This document shows, piece after piece, positions 25,129 through 28,888 of a DNA stretch of 28,888 nt. The DNA is taken from NCBI GenBank assembly GCA_018665005.1, contig JABJEE010000129.1:1-28888 (forward strand). Direction: 5' to 3'. The stretch's first letter is position 1. The number at the start of each line of letters is the position of its first letter. This DNA comes from Flavobacteriales bacterium. Its GTDB lineage: Bacteria > Bacteroidota > Bacteroidia > Flavobacteriales_D > Crocinitomicaceae. The notes under the pieces were generated by a model. The model saw only the letters and a program-made list of their open reading frames with translations, did not search any database and had not been told where the DNA came from. The position numbers and the translations under genes were made by a program.

Positions 25129-27579
25129 GTGAAATACATCATAGCATTATTCTTTCTCTGCATCTTCTCAATTGTGTCTTCCCAGGCAAACAATCACTCT
25201 ATTTCAGGATTTATTATTACGCATAATAAAAGTGTAAACGGTCAGGTATCGATTAAGAATCTTAATCAAAACAAGACTGCGAATGAAAAAGGTTATGTGA
25301 AATTCGAGAATATACCGAATGGTATTTATTATTTAAATATTCATGCCCCGGGGTATACGAACATTGAAGATACCATTCAATTAAAAGGTGAGGATATTGT
25401 TGACCTTTTTTATGAACTCAAAGAGAACGTAACACAACTCCCAGAGGTTTTTGTTGGTTCTGAATCTATGACGGGTGGTGAATTAGGCATACGAAAATTA
25501 CCAGGCTCTGCTTATTATATATCGCCCCTTGAAATCGAAAAATTTAATTACTCTGATATCCATTGTGTTTTAAAGTCAATTCCTGGAGTAAATATCCAAG
25601 AAGAAGATGGCTATGGTTTACGTCCAAATATTGGCTTGAGAGGGTCGGGAGTTTCACGATCGAGTAAGATTACTTTAATGGAGGATGGTATTCTAATGGC
25701 ACCTGCCCCCTACTGCGCTCCGTCTGCTTATTATTTCCCTACTACTGGAAGAATGTATGCCGTAGAAGTTCTAAAGGGAAGTAGTCAAATAAAATATGGG
25801 CCATTTACTACTGGAGGAGCATTAAACTTAATTTCTACCCCCATACCGCAAAATCTATCAGGTAAAATAAATATTACCGGCGGAAGCTTTTGGGGAAGAA
25901 ATATTCATGGATATATTGGAAATACGCACGGTAACTTTGGATACCTCGTTGAATCTTTTAATTATGGTTCGAATGGATTTAAACAATTAGACAACGGTGG
26001 AAACACCGGATTCAACAAAAATGATTTTATAACGAAATTTCAATTTACTTCAAAGGCCGATGCGAGGATTAATCAATCTATTTTAATAAAGCTTGGTTAC
26101 TGCCAAGAAACTTCTAATGAAACCTATGTCGGACTGACCGATAATGATTTCGAAATAAGTCCGTATAGAAGGTATGCCGGTTCGCAGATGGACGTAATGA
26201 ATTCAACGCAAAACCAGCTTTCTTTAACTCATAAGATAAAGCCAAGAAAAGGATTAAACTTGGTTACCACATTTTACAGAAACAATTTCCAGAGAAATTG
26301 GTATAAACTCAGTTCTGTAAGAGATAGCTTGGACAATAAGGTGGGTATTAGTAGCATTCTTTCAGCACCTGATAACCATCAAAGACATTATGACTTGTTG
26401 ACAGGGACCTCTTCCGTTTCAGGAGAATCTTTTTATGTTAAAGGCAACAATAGATCCTACTATGCACAAGGAATTCAAAGTGCCCTAAACATGAATTTTA
26501 AAACCGGTCAAATAAACCACGAAATACAAGTAGGAATTCGGTATCATCAAGATGAAATGGACCGCTTTCAGAATCAAGATCAATATTCAATGAACGACGG
26601 AGTCATGTTTCAAACTAGTGTGGGCGAATTAGGTACTGAAAGTAATCGCGTAAGATCAGCATATGCCCTTGCGTCTCATATTCAATACAATTTAAAATAT
26701 AATAATTTAGATATTACCCCTGGGCTGCGATATGAGAAAATTGACCTGAAGGAAGTCGATTATGGTAAAGCTGATCCAGAAAGACAAGGAATAGACGTAA
26801 ACTTCAAGGAAAACGCTATTCAAGTATTCGTGCCAGGAATAGGAATTAATTATTCTTTAAATTCGAAAACATCAATTTATGGAGGAATACATAAAGGATT
26901 CGCTCCTCCGGGAGTTACTGAAGGATCACTTCCTGAAAAAAGCATTAATTACGAGCTCGGAACAAAACACTTTAGTCCTTATCTTAATTTTCAAACGGTC
27001 TTGTTCTATACAGACTACAAGAACTTACTTGGAAATGACTTAGCCGCAACGGGTGGAAATGGATCTGGTACTTTCTATAATGGAGGAGCAGCAAGAACAT
27101 TGGGAGTAGAACTCTTTGCCACAATGCGTACTCTAAAGATGTTTAAGGTTAAAAGTAAATTCACAATGCCAATGACTTTGTCATATACCTATACCAATGC
27201 AGAATTTTCATCATCATTCGAGAGTGACTTTGAAAGTTGGGGGAATGTCTATGAAGGATATGAATTCCCATATCTTGCAAAGCATCAAGTGTCAGGGAGG
27301 TTAAGTCTCTGTTACGATAAGTTTGAATTCTATCTTAATGCAAAATACAACTCTACAATGAGGGCTCAGGCCGGAAATGATGAAATATCTTTGGTTGAAA
27401 ATATTCCTGGATATCTCATTGTTGATGGTGTTCTCAAATATCACATCAACGAAAAAATTTGTATCAATTTAAATATTCAAAACCTGACCAATAAAGCTTA
27501 CGTAGTTGCTTTAAGACCTGCAGGATTGAGACCTGGTTTACCTAGGATTATTCAATTTGGAATTAATGCCAACTTATAA
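25129..27579 (+). CDS. TonB-dependent receptor, FecA (ferric citrate)-like
   Basis: Signal peptide, CarboxypepD-reg-like N-domain, plug (IPGVNIQEEDGYGLRPNIGLRG, EVLKGSSQIKYGP.TTGGALN), barrel with PGLRYE, E.S.NYELG and C-terminal NL.N..Y...RP; GTG start. Confidence 0.93.
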   Translation: MKYIIALFFLCIFSIVSSQANNHSISGFIITHNKSVNGQVSIKNLNQNKTANEKGYVKFENIPNGIYYLNIHAPGYTNIEDTIQLKGEDIVDLFYELKENVTQLPEVFVGSESMTGGELGIRKLPGSAYYISPLEIEKFNYSDIHCVLKSIPGVNIQEEDGYGLRPNIGLRGSGVSRSSKITLMEDGILMAPAPYCAPSAYYFPTTGRMYAVEVLKGSSQIKYGPFTTGGALNLISTPIPQNLSGKINITGGSFWGRNIHGYIGNTHGNFGYLVESFNYGSNGFKQLDNGGNTGFNKNDFITKFQFTSKADARINQSILIKLGYCQETSNETYVGLTDNDFEISPYRRYAGSQMDVMNSTQNQLSLTHKIKPRKGLNLVTTFYRNNFQRNWYKLSSVRDSLDNKVGISSILSAPDNHQRHYDLLTGTSSVSGESFYVKGNNRSYYAQGIQSALNMNFKTGQINHEIQVGIRYHQDEMDRFQNQDQYSMNDGVMFQTSVGELGTESNRVRSAYALASHIQYNLKYNNLDITPGLRYEKIDLKEVDYGKADPERQGIDVNFKENAIQVFVPGIGINYSLNSKTSIYGGIHKGFAPPGVTEGSLPEKSINYELGTKHFSPYLNFQTVLFYTDYKNLLGNDLAATGGNGSGTFYNGGAARTLGVELFATMRTLKMFKVKSKFTMPMTLSYTYTNAEFSSSFESDFESWGNVYEGYEFPYLAKHQVSGRLSLCYDKFEFYLNAKYNSTMRAQAGNDEISLVENIPGYLIVDGVLKYHINEKICINLNIQNLTNKAYVVALRPAGLRPGLPRIIQFGINANL

Positions 27580-27687
27580 AATTTAAATTATTTTCGTATC
27601 AATAACCCCAAGAATATCAACTATTTAAATTTTTTGTTCTAATTTCGAGGCGAATTAATATATAAACAGAAAGAACAGATTTTTTCT

Positions 27688-28245
27688 ATGACAAGTATTT
27701 TTGTTGCCAAATTAGATTTTGGTGTAAGCAAGGAGCAATTAACCGAATTGTTCGAAGAATATGGGAAGGTAAGCAAAGTAAATATACCAACCGACAAAGA
27801 CACCGGTAAACCAAGAGGGTTCGCATTTGTTGAAATGTTTGACGCTGACGAAGCCAAAAATGCAATATCCGCACTTGACGGTTACGAAATTAATAATAGA
27901 CGTTTAGCAGTCAAAGAGGCAGAAAACAGAAATGATCGATCTCGTCCATCAAATACTGGAAATAGAGACCAAAGATCATCTCACACTTCGGCACCAAGAC
28001 AAAACAACAATACAGATCAATCGGCTTCAACTCCAACAGAAGAATCAAAAAACGATCCTCGTAAGAAGTCTTTTAAAGGAAAATCTAAGGGTTATGATTC
28101 CGATCAAGGAGGAGGAGGCAAAAAAGCCAAAAAAATGACTGCGCACAAAAAAAGCGGCAAAAACATCCGTTATTTTGATGATGACGAACCAATTGAAGGA
28201 GGGCTTTTTTCTTTTGATTCAGATGATGACGAATCGACGGAATAG
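27688..28245 (+). CDS. RRM (RNP-1) RNA-binding protein with long low-complexity tail
   Basis: RNP2 IFVAKL and RNP1 RGFAFVEM, then ~100 aa of polar, Lys-rich and acidic tail. Confidence 0.9.
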   Translation: MTSIFVAKLDFGVSKEQLTELFEEYGKVSKVNIPTDKDTGKPRGFAFVEMFDADEAKNAISALDGYEINNRRLAVKEAENRNDRSRPSNTGNRDQRSSHTSAPRQNNNTDQSASTPTEESKNDPRKKSFKGKSKGYDSDQGGGGKKAKKMTAHKKSGKNIRYFDDDEPIEGGLFSFDSDDDESTE

Positions 28246-28275
28246 AATAATTAGTATCACCTTATTTAGTTTCGT

Positions 28276-28283
28276 TATTTTTG
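28276..28283 (+). promoter_or_regulatory. Bacteroidota -7 box (TATTTTTG)
   Basis: Exact TAnnTTTG match, 9 nt before ATG 28293. Confidence 0.5.
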
Positions 28284-28292
28284 TGTAATTCA

Positions 28293-28888
28293 ATGCACCG
28301 AGATTTTACATCATACCTATCACATCCAGTCTTTAAAGTAATAAAGAAATATCTTGAAGATAATGAAGGTTCTGCTTTTGTTATTGGAGGATTTGTTCGG
28401 GATTTATTGCTTGAAAAAAAATCAAAAGATATTGACATAGTTGTTTATGGTGACGGTCTTCAATTTGCCAAGAATGTTGCTGAAATATTACGCGTCAAGA
28501 AAGTTTCTGTATTTAAAACATTTGGAACTGCACATTTTCGATATAAGGATGTTGATGTCGAATTTGTTACCGCTCGAAAGGAGTCCTATTCAAAAGACTC
28601 GCGGAATCCAAAAGTATCTCCCGGATCTTTAAAAGATGATCAATACAGAAGAGATTTTACCATTAATGCGTTAGCCATTGACCTACATCCGAGTTCATTT
28701 GGCGAGCTTATTGATCCTTTCAATGGCGAAACAGACATTGAGAACGGAATGATTAGAACTCCCTTAGATCCTTCCGAAACCTTCAGCGATGATCCATTAC
28801 GAATGTTAAGAGCAATTAGATTTGCCAGTCAGCTTGACTTTAAGATTGATATTTCATGTCTAAAATCTATTCGAGATCAATCCGAAAG
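28293..28888 (+). CDS. cca: CCA-adding tRNA nucleotidyltransferase / poly(A) polymerase family, 3'-truncated
   Basis: Manual translation: MHRDF...FVIGGFVRDLLL...KDIDIVV...FGTA...EFVTARKESY...DDQYRRDFTINAL...FSDDPLRMLRAIRFA. Absent from the ORF track because it runs off the window. Confidence 0.9.
   Translation, partial: MHRDFTSYLSHPVFKVIKKYLEDNEGSAFVIGGFVRDLLLEKKSKDIDIVVYGDGLQFAKNVAEILRVKKVSVFKTFGTAHFRYKDVDVEFVTARKESYSKDSRNPKVSPGSLKDDQYRRDFTINALAIDLHPSSFGELIDPFNGETDIENGMIRTPLDPSETFSDDPLRMLRAIRFASQLDFKIDISCLKSIRDQSE

Noticed and set aside
27578-27633. 11-bp inverted repeat AAAATTTAAAT...ATTTAAATTTT after the TonB receptor
   Set aside because: Entirely A/T with a 34-nt spacer; too unstable to call a terminator or MITE.
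359-28632. Short overlapping ORFs in the track (e.g. 359-574, 794-976, 2391-2651, 5340-5708, 5965-6312, 17357-17647, 23423-23671, 27932-28138, 28441-28632)
   Set aside because: They lie antisense or out of frame inside well-supported genes and show no protein motifs; treated as shadow ORFs.
1-28888. tRNA, rRNA, riboswitch, CRISPR array, IS, integrase or prophage
   Set aside because: The largest intergenic gaps are only ~100-210 nt with no cloverleaf, repeat-spacer or terminal-repeat pattern by eye, and no mobility genes were seen. An Infernal/Rfam scan would be needed to exclude small ncRNAs.

Overview
AT-rich bacterial DNA from the Bacteroidota, most likely a Flavobacteriales (Crocinitomicaceae/Cryomorphaceae-like) genome; the family is my inference. 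The phylum call rests on TAnnTTTG -7 promoter boxes, no obvious Shine-Dalgarno motifs, a PorE-like protein, DUF4924 and Gln-initiated secreted proteins. The window holds about 31 densely packed CDSs, two cut by the edges and missing from the ORF track (a PCMD-like secreted protein at left, a CCA-adding enzyme at right). It is mostly housekeeping and envelope genes: queE, PorE-like, UbiA/DGGGPS-like, maf; a minus-strand run (M61 peptidase, Asp-box hydrolase, ung, hemE, OmpA-domain); a ~9.8 kb plus-strand run (VTC, DUF4956, lpxK, PNP, gatB, 2x TlpA, lpxH, tsaE, Ald-like, HsdR-N); then DUF4924, OmpH, SiaC-like, a TonB receptor behind a Fur-box-like palindrome, and an RRM protein. I saw no tRNA, rRNA, CRISPR array or mobile element. 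The best leads for undescribed biology are: (1) a split VTC polyphosphate-polymerase plus DUF4956 membrane module heading an operon with lipid A genes; (2) an 'alanine dehydrogenase' lacking two canonical catalytic residues; (3) an archaeal-type DGGGP-synthase-like prenyltransferase; (4) an orphan SiaC-like protein sharing a divergent promoter region with an iron receptor. All family calls are by motif recognition; no database search was run.
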